Assembly: GCA_951406725.2 (NCBI GenBank)
Contig: OX597814.1
Location: 117,738,001-117,802,000 of the forward strand
Direction of reading: 5' to 3'
Length of the DNA stretch: 64,000 bases
Origin: Octopus vulgaris
Lineage: Eukaryota
Positions 1-13,295 of the stretch are shown here, one piece after another (within the stretch, counting starts at the first letter, position 1; each line of letters starts with the position of its first letter). The notes beneath the pieces were generated by a model. The model was not told the DNA's origin. It ran no database searches and worked only from the letters and a program-made list of their open reading frames with translations. A program made the translations under genes and the position numbers.

Positions 1-128
1 AACGATGGGAGAAATGCGTAACTCTGTGTGGTTCCTATGTAGATAAATACTAATAACTGTGCCAAGTTTCGTTGCTCTACTGCTATGGGAAGTGGGTCAG
101 GGACATTACTTATTGAACGCCCCTCGTA
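1..128 (+). mobile_element. mariner-family DNA transposon, 3' end (transposase C-terminus and right TIR)
   Basis: Bases 3-53 translate RWEKCVTLCGSYVDKY*, matching the mariner C-terminal pattern RWxKCxxxxGxYVEK. It is followed by a TIR-like end ...cattacttattgaacgcccctcg|TA running into (TA)n. Confidence 0.8.
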
Positions 129-274
129 TATATATATATTCAGGAACAAATATAGGCAATTTTGTTTCTATAAATGAATTTATATTTGGAAAACTTGTAA
201 TTGTTTAAAATATATTTATTTACATCTTTACCAAACTAGTTTCACCAATATTTTTTGTTTATCAATAGTAAAGA

Positions 275-422
275 TTTAGAATTATGAATTAGAAAAACAT
301 CTTTAATAGTTTCAATCTTGACAAGTTTAAATGTTCATAACAGACAAATGTAATTTAGAATTATGAATTACAAAGTCATGTTTAAAAATTATGATGTAGA
401 CAAGTTTAAATGTTCATAACAG
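275..422. repeat. imperfect ~79 bp tandem duplication
   Basis: Both tttagaattatgaatta and gacaagtttaaatgttcataacag occur twice, about 79 bp apart. Confidence 0.75.
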
Positions 423-654
423 TCTATAATATTAAAACTGTGCATCATATTGTTTGAATGTACAAAGGACATTGATGTTAGTAGTGGTGGTCAAGAAAGG
501 AATATCGTCAAAGTTTTAGTCATAGTGGGGGGAAAAAGCAAGGGAGAAGTGAAGATAGTAAAAAAAAAGAAGGGATTTGGTTTACAATTTCTCTGATCCT
601 CTTTCGGTCGTGTGTAGGAATCTTTGCTTGTTATGGTGTGCTCTGAAATGTGGA

Positions 655-880
655 GTGTGGTTAAGACTACATAGGTCAAACTAGCTTAACCTTGACGGAC
701 AGACTAACGATGTTCAGGCACCAAATCCAGGACACGATGGCTAAGAAAATTCCCGTAAACAAACACTTAGACCAATGCCCTGTAAACTTAAGCCCAAAAT
801 ATCAAATCTTCCCTCACTATCAATGCACCAGAAAAACTTCAACACATTTCCGCTTAAATAAGGAAAGCATACTCACAGAT
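655..880 (+). mobile_element. Penelope-like element remnant (GIY-YIG endonuclease, second half)
   Basis: Translates CG*DYIGQTSLTLTDRLTMFRHQI...VNKHLDQC...YQIFP, collinear with YIGQTKNSLRKRMALHRSQI...HIDTC...FRIFP of the element at ~9 kb. Confidence 0.7.
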
Positions 881-910
881 GGACCTTGCACTATGTGCAT
901 CATGATTTAA

Positions 911-1558
911 CTTTCTAGCTCACTTCTGCTGTTTATAGCACTGCTTTGAAGGGATGTTTGTAGCTCGTGATCGTCGCAGCTAACATGCAAGTTGAGCAGA
1001 CAATCCGCATGAAATTTGACGAAAATCTTGGTGATACCTGCTCAGATGTCTGTGCAAATATTTCAAAAATTTTTCATATTTTGTGACAAAATGAAGAAGA
1101 TCTTGCGCAACTGAAAACTGAGTGCCTTTTTGGTCAGCTGAAAGCAGTTTTCGCACAAACTTGGCAGACATGCGTCACATACACAAATCTTCAGTGATGA
1201 TGGACTGAACTGAACCGTAACTAAACTGCACATCCTCTGATACCTCATGGATGGTGATTCGACGATTTGCTCTCATAGCTGCAGGCAAATTAGCGATGCT
1301 ATTGTCAATTCTGCTGGTTGCGCGTCTCCGCAAACCTTCGTCAATGTCGACATATTTCGGCTATCTTAGAAACATTTGAACACCTCCTATACATGTGTGC
1401 GGCTCATACACCCCTCTCCATATATTTTCTCCAAGTTTGTGTAGGCTTCTGAACTGGTATCGCCAAGAAAACGTTCTCTATCATGGTCAATGCGACGATC
1501 ACACGCAACACACCTTCCTTCCAAGCTCTGCTGTAAACAGCGGAAGTGAGCTAGAAAG
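911..1558 (-). mobile_element. non-autonomous mariner derivative with long inverted ends
   Basis: Minus strand encodes mariner N-terminal remnants (LGDTSSEAYTNLEKIYGEGCMSRTHV; MSAKFVRKLLSADQK...SVAQDLL). An imperfect inverted repeat pairs 911-978 (ctttctagctcacttctgctgtttatagca) with 1491-1558 (tgctgtaaacagcggaagtgagctagaaag). Confidence 0.75.
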
Positions 1559-2540
1559 CTCACTTAGTGCACGTGCTCGGCAGAGATCAAAGTTAGATCT
1601 CAAAATTTAACTATTCTATCTTTGAACGTAACTGCATTAATATCTGAGATATAAGATCCACCCTGATGATGTTGATGTACATATCACGGCCATATATTGT
1701 GATGAACCACATCTATCAATCTAACGATGTATGTGATCTCTGAGACCCCAGGAGCAACTGTTGGACTTATAGCACCTTTCTTCGAGCCTTTTAGTTTTCT
1801 CTGTCATTTGTACACTGTGTATGTTGGACATATTAATATTTATAACTATATATCTATACCTAAAACATCATCTGAAAGTCTACACATTTTGCTGTGTCTT
1901 GTTTTGCGTGTATGGTTATCATATATACATATTTTCTACTTCTTACCCAAACTGTTATATTTGATTTATTTAATACATTTGATATATCTAATGTTTCTAA
2001 TTTGTTTATCTGCATAATTACATATATATATATATTCATGCGCACATACATATATGCGCGCGCGTGTGTGAATATGGTTATATGCTAAATTACGTCTGTC
2101 CGACTGTTGTGTTTTGTTTATTCTATTCTGATCACATATTTATCGTATGTTTTATTCTCACTATATCTTATCAGTGTATTCCATTTCCTTCTATTTAATT
2201 TTTTTTCCCTTACACTCTACTGCTTGGCGCGAAATTTTCTGCTACACTAACAAAAACATTGTTAATAAAATAAGAAAAACAAAAAGAAAAGGAGATCAAT
2301 ATTCCTTTTGAAAAGTCACCTGCTACAATGCTTCTACGATGAATGAAAATGGATTGTACATCATCTCACCTGTGCATGATGAGTTGAAATTATCACGGTG
2401 CTTCTAAATTGAAAGTCTTGGGAATTCCATTCTCTCTCATACTTTTTTTTATATAAACTCCGCGGACAGAAAGGAATCGTGAAGTAAATCAAGTGTTATA
2501 TAACTTACTAACGCTTTTGAATTCACCTCGCTGTATATTT

Positions 2541-2843
2541 ATTTCTTTATTGTACGCAAAGGGCTAAACACAGAGGGGACAAACAAGGAGAGACAAACGG
2601 TTAAAGTTGATTACATTGACCCCACTGCATAACTGGTACTTAATTTATCGACGCTTAAGGGATGAATGGCAAAGTCGACCTCGGTGGAATTTGAACTCAG
2701 AGCGTAGCGGCAGACGAAATACCTATTTCTTTACAACCCACAAGAGGCTACACACCGAGAGGACAAAGAAGGAAACAAACTGATTAAGTCGATTATATCG
2801 ACCCCAGTGCGTAACTGGTACTTATTTAATCGACCCCGAAAGG
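2541..2843 (-). mobile_element. tRNA-derived SINE family 1, two partial units in tandem
   Basis: Reverse complement of the SINE at 51850-52084 (shared aaagtcgacctcgg.ggaatttgaactcag and gaccccagtgcgtaactggtactta). Confidence 0.85.
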
Positions 2844-2873
2844 ATATATATATATATATATACACACATACAT

Positions 2874-2918
<45 letters not shown>

Positions 2919-2951
2919 TGTTTTTGTTTTTCCAGCCCTAACCACTAGGCC

Positions 2952-2993
<42 letters not shown>

Positions 2994-3884
2994 AATTATG
3001 CAGATAAACAAATTAGCGCCCTATACCTCACTGTATACTGTATATGTGTTGTAAACGGCATAGTACAAGTTGTGCAAATGAATATAAATCTATTACTATC
3101 CATGTATGTGTGTGTGTGGGGGGGGTCTTAGACGAAATACCGCACTGGTCACCAATACACAAATATGTTCATTGAAAATCTTATAATATATATGTATGTG
3201 TATACATGTGCTCCCGTGTGTGCATGTACGTATTTGATCTACCATTTTCAGTGGTTACTGGATGTTACATATACGTTTGTGTGCGTTTGTGCGTAGGTGT
3301 GTGCATGTCTAAACTTGTGCCTAAGTGTGCCTGTGTGCTCGTATAATTGCTGTGAAAGAGTCGGACGGAGGAAGGACCACTTGCTTATTTAGAGAATTTC
3401 TTGACTCCTGCAAAAATGCTAATACCTGTGCGTTTCTCCACATATATTACATATCTCAGACATAGGTGAATAGACACATTAATATGTGCATTCCAAGGAA
3501 AGTAGTGATTTGTTTAGTAACGTCAAAAACTAAATATCTCTAGAGATATGTTATAAAATATATACGAATAATGTTACAGAATGATTAATCACATCGAATT
3601 TGAAACAATATTTGAATGAAAAATATTTTCTTCATAAACTGAAAATATTTCGCCCTGTAGCCATACGTCGTCACATGAATATCGTCTGAATTTATAAATG
3701 TTTTATAACCCTATCCATACAATCATTGTTCTTGCAGTTAATTTAAAGGAAACGTAGGGCTTCATAGGGTTTCTCTTTCCCCTCTTTTAATTCTGCATTT
3801 TGTGCACAATCTTTCCAAATGGTTACCACTCAGTTTGCTATAATCAAACTATAAATACTCTTTCCATTGATTTTGATTTTTGAT

Positions 3885-3932
3885 TTTTCCAGTTTCAGCT
3901 TATGAGCTGTGGCCATGCTGGGGCACCGCCAT
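3885..3932 (-). mobile_element. 5'-truncated 3' tail of CR1-type LINE
   Basis: agtttcagcttatgagctgtggccatgctggggcaccgccatt is the reverse complement of the LINE 3' end at 34412-34455. Confidence 0.75.
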
Positions 3933-4019
3933 TCTTCGTATAAAATTAAATGCTCTTTATTCCTCATTTATTTAAGATAATGGCGCCCATTTGCGAATTA
4001 TGCTTCAGCCTTACGAATG

Positions 4020-4700
4020 ATATGAACATTGTATGTAGAAAAATGTGCACTCCCAGTATTTCCACTTGCATCGTAGTATTCATAGTTTATATCCTTAAAA
4101 ACATAGCATTGTAAAGTAATTACTGTCTGATACAGAATTTCTATCGCTTCTACGTCATCTCTGCATTGATGTCTACAGATGCTTTGAGTCTATAAAAGAA
4201 GATTATCACATTCAGTATTTTCAACGTACACAAGTAAGTCGTCGGAGAGGCGAATATTAAATCGTACAAGAAACAACCTGCTGGAAAGCAACATGCAATA
4301 CATAATTTCTCATTATAACACTTACGTTCATATCCCACAGGTACCAATAAAATATATAATTTATGATAATTTATTTAAGCTACGCGGAGAAATTACTCAA
4401 CAAAGGCTTCTTTTCATATTGCGTTACATTTGCTACACCTTGATAATGTCATTATGCGTATTTCATTGAAACCAAACTTTATAATTAGCATTTAAAGATG
4501 ACAACACTACTTCCTTGTTGAATTTCAAATTGAATTTGTAATAGACCGTGGATAGAACTGAAATAGCCGCTCGTGTAGAAGAATTTATTAAGTTAACGCT
4601 TTTACTAGTATAACGAATCAATGATGAACATCAGTGTTAATGTGCACATATAGGTTTCTCCATACATTTTATAGTATATATTCAGAGTAAGATTATCTTC
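4020..4700 (-). pseudogene. putative heavily decayed beta-1,3-galactosyltransferase (GT31) pseudogene
   Basis: Minus-strand fragments occur in GT31 order and roughly correct spacing: NSSTRAAI (cf. NSKRRMAI), HNDII..RNMK (cf. YNDIL..RNLNSK), YNEKLCIAC (cf. REKFILC), ILYQTV..VFKDI / MQVEILGVH (cf. RLLKI..WVDDV / MLVNALGIKH). Multiple stops and frameshifts. By-eye match only. Confidence 0.45.
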
Positions 4701-5938
4701 AACCATCCTCCTTTCAGTATATTACAACTGGTGCAGTGCCGATACTGTACTGGTGATTAGCTGACTCTAAAACATTAAAGAAAGAGACGTTTCTATAAAA
4801 AAAAAAGACTGAGCATCAACAGGCATTATAACGCAAAACTTCATATGAATAAAATAAATTTGTAAATATAATTATTGCTGAAGTCCCTTCCGTAACTAAG
4901 TAGAACGTTTCATCAAGCAGAACCATGTTGAATTACCCCGCCATTTAGTAATTAAAAGACGCATGAGTGTAATTATTTTATAGTATAGCATTTAAATTAT
5001 TAATTATTTGACAATTTTTGTTCATGACCCCAGTTTTCAAGAAACATCACGATTTCCATTACGAATCCGATATAAATCAATTACGGTTTTCAATTTCACA
5101 CATCAACACTATGCACAATCCTTAACGGATCCAAAGCTATTGTTTTATCGATCGGAAGTTGTGTACATTCACACATGGCTTATATTACAGGCGGTAATTT
5201 ATGACATCTTTCCCATAGAAAATGGTGATACGAGATATTCATTGAAAATTGATGGAACTTTTGTTGCAAATATTTCAATGACCTCTTAAATTTAGGAGCA
5301 TTGAATGATCATAGAATACAAAACAGTATTAATAATAAACATAATAGTCGGAAGTTTCATCTAATAGCACGCTGCATGAAAATGTTGTGACTTAAGAGCG
5401 ATTTTTATCTAATCGGTGGGACGGCAACATATCTTATGAGAAATCTTGACACAATCCTTGAAGATATTTTTTTGCATCAATGATAGGAGAGTCATTTTAT
5501 TTTAAAATTGCTGAAATACGGATTTGTAGGTGTAAAGAATATTCGAGATTTATAGTGAAACTGTGTATCACGGAAAACAAACATGCAGTTGATATTTGTT
5601 AGCTGCTTTTACATGTAAAAATTCCTTCGTCGTCGGTGTTATTTGCTGTTTTTAGGTATAAGATGTTAGATATACAAACACATTTATATCGATGGAATTA
5701 GCAGAATAATTGAAATTAAAAATACATCATGAATATATGTAATCCTTATGTCTTACGAATAAAGATATTTTTCAGGATAATACGCGGTAACGTTTGTGAT
5801 AGGGAACGTGTGGAATGGTTGATAATAAGAGTAAAGCCATGTGCATGTCTCCGCATGATGAGCATGTCTCACCAATTTCATGGCTATATATAGCAACCAA
5901 CGTTCAGTGAAGCAATGACCTGACAGTGAATAAATACA

Positions 5939-6553
5939 TTCTTTTCTACATTAGGCACAAGGCAGGAAATTTTGGGGGTAGGCGGGGCAGTTGAGTAGAT
6001 CAACCCCAGTACACAACTAGTAATTAGTTTATCGCCCTCAAACGGATGAATGGCAAAGTTGACCTCGGCGGAATTTGAACTCAGATCGTAAAGACAGACG
6101 AAATACCGCTTAGCATTTCGCCGGGCGTGCTAAGGTTTATGCCATCTCACAGCTTTTAATCTTTTCTACTCCAAGCACAAGGCCCGATATTTTTAGGGAG
6201 AGTGCTAGTCGATTAAATTGACTCCAGTATGCAACTGATACTTAGTTTATCGACCCCGAAAGGATGAAAGGCAAAGTCGACTTCGGCGAAATTTGAACTC
6301 GGACCATAAAGACAGACGAAATACCTATTTCTTTACTAACCTCAAGGGGCTAAACACAGAGGGGACAAACAAGGACAGGCCAACGGGTTAAGTCGATTAT
6401 ATCGACCCCAGTAACTGGTACTTATTTAATCGACCCCAAAAGCATGAAAGGCAAAGTCGACCTCGGCGGAATTTGAATTCAGAACATAGCGGCAGACGAA
6501 ATACCGCTAAACATTTCGCCCGGCGTGCTATAGTTTTCTCCAGCTCGCCACCT
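5939..6553 (-). mobile_element. tRNA-derived SINE family 1, three units in tandem
   Basis: Three successive copies of ggcaaagt(c/t)gac(c/t)tcggcg.aatttgaa.tc; the last carries the head (...gctcgcc, reverse complement of ggcgagc). Confidence 0.9.
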
Positions 6554-7292
6554 TGTGAATAAACATATTATAAAAGGAATGCTGTTTTGCGGAGGCAAAA
6601 TACATCGTAATCTTACATGACACAGACTGAACTTAAGTCATCACCAATAAAAGAAGAAATTTCTGGCATAGAATTTAAAATGAAGTTACACAGAAAAGAA
6701 GATATACATATATACATATACGTATCACCCCACCCCAACACAAATACATACATAGATGCACATATACAAGCATACGCACACACATCGAGATTATCATACA
6801 TTTTATAGCCAGTTATCCTTATTATATCTAAGAAGCTCATTGATCTTCTCTGATCGAGATTAGAGATTTTAGTAAAATGCAAACATACCTACAATTGTCT
6901 ACAATCGAACTAGAGAACCCCACTCTATCTATATAGAAGTATAGATTTATATACTTCGATAGTTTCTCTACGAATTAACTCCCATTAAATATTGTTAATT
7001 CAAATTCTAACAAGCTAAAGAGAACACAAATCTTTTCACGGTTTCTTCCAAAATTTCTTTTTTCTCGTTCATTTTATAAAAAATTCTCTTTCTTTCCTTC
7101 ATTTCTTTCATTCTTATTTTTTCTTGCCTCATCTCAAAGAGCAGTCATATTCATTTATATTTGAAAGAGGGTAACTTTTAGTAGTTCACACCTTTTGTTT
7201 ATCAAATAATATCGTTATATGTATCTTTGTATGTAAGGTTGTATGTATCTATGTGTATAAACAGACACACACATAGGTCCTTATACACATAT

Positions 7293-7329
<37 letters not shown>

Positions 7330-7519
7330 AATGCATACACACACACTCACACACATATAAATATATATATACATATATATATGTATGCATGTATGTGTGT
7401 GTGTGTGTGTGTAATTGTAATTCATTTGAATTACACACTTAAATTGAAGCACCAAGCCAGTCCGTTTTTGTCCGAAAAGTTCAAAGTTAGATGAATAAAA
7501 CGCAAACAACGATGTAGTT

Positions 7520-7665
7520 CTATACTTAAGAGATGAGGAAGTATTTACATTATTTACATTATTTACATTTGCGTATATTTGTCCTTAGGGATGAGAACCC
7601 AGATTCGAAATTGCCCTCAAGACACCTGATAAAGGCTGGAGGGTATATCCGTCAAATATCCGTCA
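7520..7665. repeat. short interspersed repeat with degenerate hammerhead motif (also at ~45860-46110, 46780-46895 and their duplicates)
   Basis: Shared strings ttaagagatgaggaa, atttacattatttacattt and caagacacctga..aagg/cct.gagg.tatatc recur at these loci. Confidence 0.6.
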
Positions 7666-7903
7666 GATGTCCTCTGCCACCCTAAATTGTAGTAGGCTTT
7701 AGGTATACATTTTTATCCGAAATGAATTCTTCCACAAAACTTGCAAATTCAAACAATGTAATTATTTTAGTTTCATTTACTCATGAAATTATACTAAAAA
7801 GTAACGGTTCATCCTTAATGTTGGAAATGTATGTAGCCGTCCACGTCCGGGGAGAGTGGTTTATTTCAAATTGATATCATGATCAATTAAATGGAGCCGC
7901 TTG

Positions 7904-9960
<2,057 letters not shown>

Positions 9961-9965
9961 TTTCA

Positions 9966-9998
<33 letters not shown>

Positions 9999-10374
9999 GT
10001 ATATTTTGAATTGATAAAAGGTGTTTGTTTTCAAATTTTTTGTATATATATTATATTGTGTGAAATTTTAACGATTATGATTATGTCATACAATCGATTA
10101 TAAATTTAAATATTAATTTTTAAGTATTAATTTTTAAAGTAAGAATAGATAGAAAATGTATTTTTCTATTGAGATATAATATGGCTTTAAAAATATAATA
10201 AACCCACAAATAATCTAATCTTAGTTATAGTCAATATCTAATTACCTAAATATGTAACAAAAAAATAATCAAAGTTTCTAGTTTGATAATAGATTTTTTT
10301 ATAAGAAAAATTATTATTTTATTTATTTTTTTTTTAAATATTGTTTAAATATATATTATTTATTTAAATATTAT

Positions 10375-10473
10375 CATTAACCTGAAGATTGACCATAACC
10401 ATAATTCGAATTATTAATTGAATTTAAATTATTGTTATTCGAATTAGGTTATAGGCATGAAACGATCTTAGTG
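10375..10473 (+). ncRNA. putative type I hammerhead ribozyme with long stem II
   Basis: cattaa-c-CTGAAGA-[tgaccataacc.taattcgaat ... attcgaattaggttataggca]-t-GAAAC-G-ATC-ttagtg. Stem I cattaa/ttagtg needs one bulged base. Confidence 0.6.
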
Positions 10474-10613
10474 GTTTTACTTTTTGTCTTATATTAAACT
10501 TTTTAATACTTTTTAATAGTTATATATATTTAATATAATATAAAAAATCAATTTAAATAAATATATAATTAAATAAATACAAAGTAAAAATGAAAATAAT
10601 AATTAAAAAAATA

Positions 10614-10657
<44 letters not shown>

Positions 10658-10891
10658 TTATAAGTATAAATTAATAATTTAAAAATTTTTAAAAAATCTT
10701 AACTTTAAATTTAAATAATTGAAAATTTTGAATTTTATATTTTATATATTTTGTATATTATATTAATTAATTTTGTTTCTATATTTTGTTTTAAGTTTTT
10801 CACTGTTTGATTTGCCTAATAGTGGTTTTATCTCTAATTTAATATATATATATATATATACGCGAGAATGAAGCAACAAGAATGGATAGGT

Positions 10892-10982
10892 TTTTAGTAC
10901 AATCGTTTCATACAAGGACAGGTTTTATTAAAAGTTGCAAAAATTACAGCATATAAACGTGTCCCGTACTCATCAGCTAAAA
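10892..10982 (-). ncRNA. type I hammerhead ribozyme motif
   Basis: Minus strand reads ttttag-CTGATGA-gtacgggaca...tgtccttgtat-GAAAC-gatt-GTA-ctaaaa: perfect 6 bp stem I, canonical core, short stem III, GUA cleavage triplet. Confidence 0.75.
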
Positions 10983-11668
10983 TACATGTGAGTTCTCTAG
11001 ACATCCTAGTGGTTGAGGCTATACTCATGAAGTAATGTAGATAATTAAGTAACATAAACAGATTTCAAAAGTTCATTAAAGTTCTTTAAAGATGATGTAC
11101 AGTCTTATCACAGAATTTTAAAAAAAGTCTTAATAGCATCACAGAGAAGGTGACCCAATCCATAGTGCACATATGAATTTCTAGAGATATGATGAGGGAT
11201 TACATACTCACAGATGACAAATTTATCCATTGTTAATTACAACCAGGTGGGTTTCAATTCCTGCTTATTAGCATTACATAGAGGGTGAATTAATCCTTTG
11301 TATAGATGCACAATTTCCAATGGTGTAGGTGTAAATTTCCAAGGAATTTCATATTCACAGGCGATAAATTTATCAATGGTTGAACAATTCTTGCTATATG
11401 ATTAGGTATCTGCCACATTAATCACATTACTGCTATTTACAAGAGGCTGTGGCTATTTAACTTTTAAAGGCTGAAGAGCTTACTAGAGCTGTATAGAATA
11501 GAAAAGGGAAGGGCATAGAAGAAAAAGAGAAAATAAAAGAGAAAATAAAAGAGGAGGGAGCAAAAAGGGGGGAAGGGGGACTCAAAGAGAAGAGAAAAGG
11601 AAAAAGAGAATAAGAAGAAGAAAAAGAAAAAGAGAAAAAGAAAGAAATAGGAAAAAAAGAAAAAGAAG

Positions 11669-11737
<69 letters not shown>

Positions 11738-12535
11738 CATATATACATATATACTGTATACACACAATGGTATGAGTCATAATATTTAAAGTCAACTAAT
11801 CTAGCGGTACTCATTAAGTCAACAACCAGAGTCGTATATTTACTATACCCTACGGACTCAAAAAAATGTCTTCCTTTCAATTCATGGCATGCGAGACATA
11901 ACAGAATGGCACTTGTAACCTAACCAATTGGTTTTGTACAATAGAATGTGACACAAACATCCGTGGCATAAATCTAGAACTGAAGTATACTCTTCTAATT
12001 AGGAATTACTCGCTTCCTTGAATCCATAATATAATTCAACAAGCACAGAAATTCAGTATCGAGGGACGTATAGAGCCAATACAAAGAAATAACTCGAAAG
12101 CAATATCCCTTTCCTACATCGATATGTCTATAACATCATGTTTCATAACTTAATTAAAATGAACCCCAGGATGATCCAAACCCTCCAGAGGTACACCACC
12201 AGAAGCAGTAAAAGACAATAAAAAAATTAAGGAAAAAAATACTAACACAGTTTTAACTCCATCCAACAAAACAAAAGGAAAACAAACAACTGTCATAACT
12301 TAGTATAGGGATCAGAGATCCGTTTTAACATGGCAGTTTATTACAGTAAATTAACAGGGGCCCTCTGAAAGTCTAATCTATGATCTATGCATTTCGTCAA
12401 CGAACGCTCCTGCATAGATTGCAACTTAAAAATCGAGAATAATACAATATATAACTCAGTGAACACATACACATGTGTAGATATGAAACAACGCAATTTG
12501 CTCTGACTTCTATACATCATATCAATATGTGACGG

Positions 12536-12728
12536 GGAGCTGGCAGAAAAATTAGCACGCAAGGCAACATGCTTAGCCGCATTTCGTCCATCATTATATT
12601 CTGAGATCAAATTCCGACGAGGTCAGCTTTGTATTTCATCTTAACGGGGTCGATAAAATTATTCCTCCTGAGCAATGCGGTCGGTGTATTTGACTTAAAC
12701 CGACCCTCAAAATGTCTAGCCTTGTACT
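12536..12728 (+). mobile_element. tRNA-derived SINE family 1, diverged copy
   Basis: ggagctggcagaaaaattagcacgc...gatcaaattccgacgaggtcagctttg..tttcatc..cggggtcgataaaat aligns to 51850-52084. Confidence 0.8.
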
Positions 12729-12940
12729 AATATTTAAAGCAAAATTTAATATCAATAAATTCTCGTATCAATGAAATAAGCAATATATGGAACAGTACAA
12801 ATTTGCAGGTGTAATGTGGATATCGAACTGTAAGAGTCTAGCTTCGGCCTCCTCGCCTCTGAAAGAAAATGTAAGACTGGTAACACATTATTTAGAACGA
12901 AACTAGCAATAAAAATCATAATATTACAACATAAATTGTG

Positions 12941-13295
12941 ACTTACATGTGAAAAACAATCTCAAACACAGACGCTGCTTCTGGATCTCAAACTTCCCGC
13001 TAAGGGTGAGTCGAATTTTATTTTGTGAAGCTGATTCTTAAATCCCGTTCAGAGAGGAATGAAATACATTCGCCAATAATGAAATCAAAATAAGTCTTTA
13101 TATGTTTGAGTTATTGTAATCAGAAGGATACACGATGAATGATATTCTGAGATATATATATGTGAGGGTAACTTTGTAAGATGTTTCGCATCAATGTACA
13201 TGTAATTGTATGGTAGCTTCTTTCTTCTAAAACTCGGGGATAGGATGTTGTATATCTGATAGTTTGTGATCAGTATTAGCAGCTGTTTCGCAATA
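12941..13295 (-). promoter_or_regulatory. putative non-coding 5' exon/promoter with GTAAGT donor (paralog of 49540-49910)
   Basis: Collinear homology to 49540-49910 (gtgacttacat.tgaaaaa, ttttattttgtg..gctg, cattc.ccaataa.gaaatc.aaataa, gttattgt.atc.gaa.gataca, agcagctgtttcgc). Both end in minus-strand GTAAGT. Confidence 0.5.

Noticed and set aside
1655-1712. CTGATGA followed by a small atcac/gtgat hairpin and GAAC
   Set aside because: Stem II is not adjacent to the core, there is no GAAA and no convincing stem I, so it is not called a hammerhead.
5008-5289. Plus-strand 93 aa ORF with RYSLKIDGTFVANI, faintly like the GT31 KxDDD region
   Set aside because: Motif spacing is wrong and the orientation is opposite to all GT31 copies; the minus-strand reading at 4020-4700 fits better.
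7202-7509. ORFs rich in YI/IY/HT/CV, and poly-I/N/L/Y/V/S ORFs throughout the window
   Set aside because: They are translations of (TA)n, (CA)n, (TAA)n and (TAC)n microsatellites, not genes.
10000-10850. Extremely AT-rich stretch resembling mitochondrial control region or NUMT
   Set aside because: No mitochondrial gene or tRNA is recognisable; better explained as a low-complexity repeat carrying a hammerhead motif.
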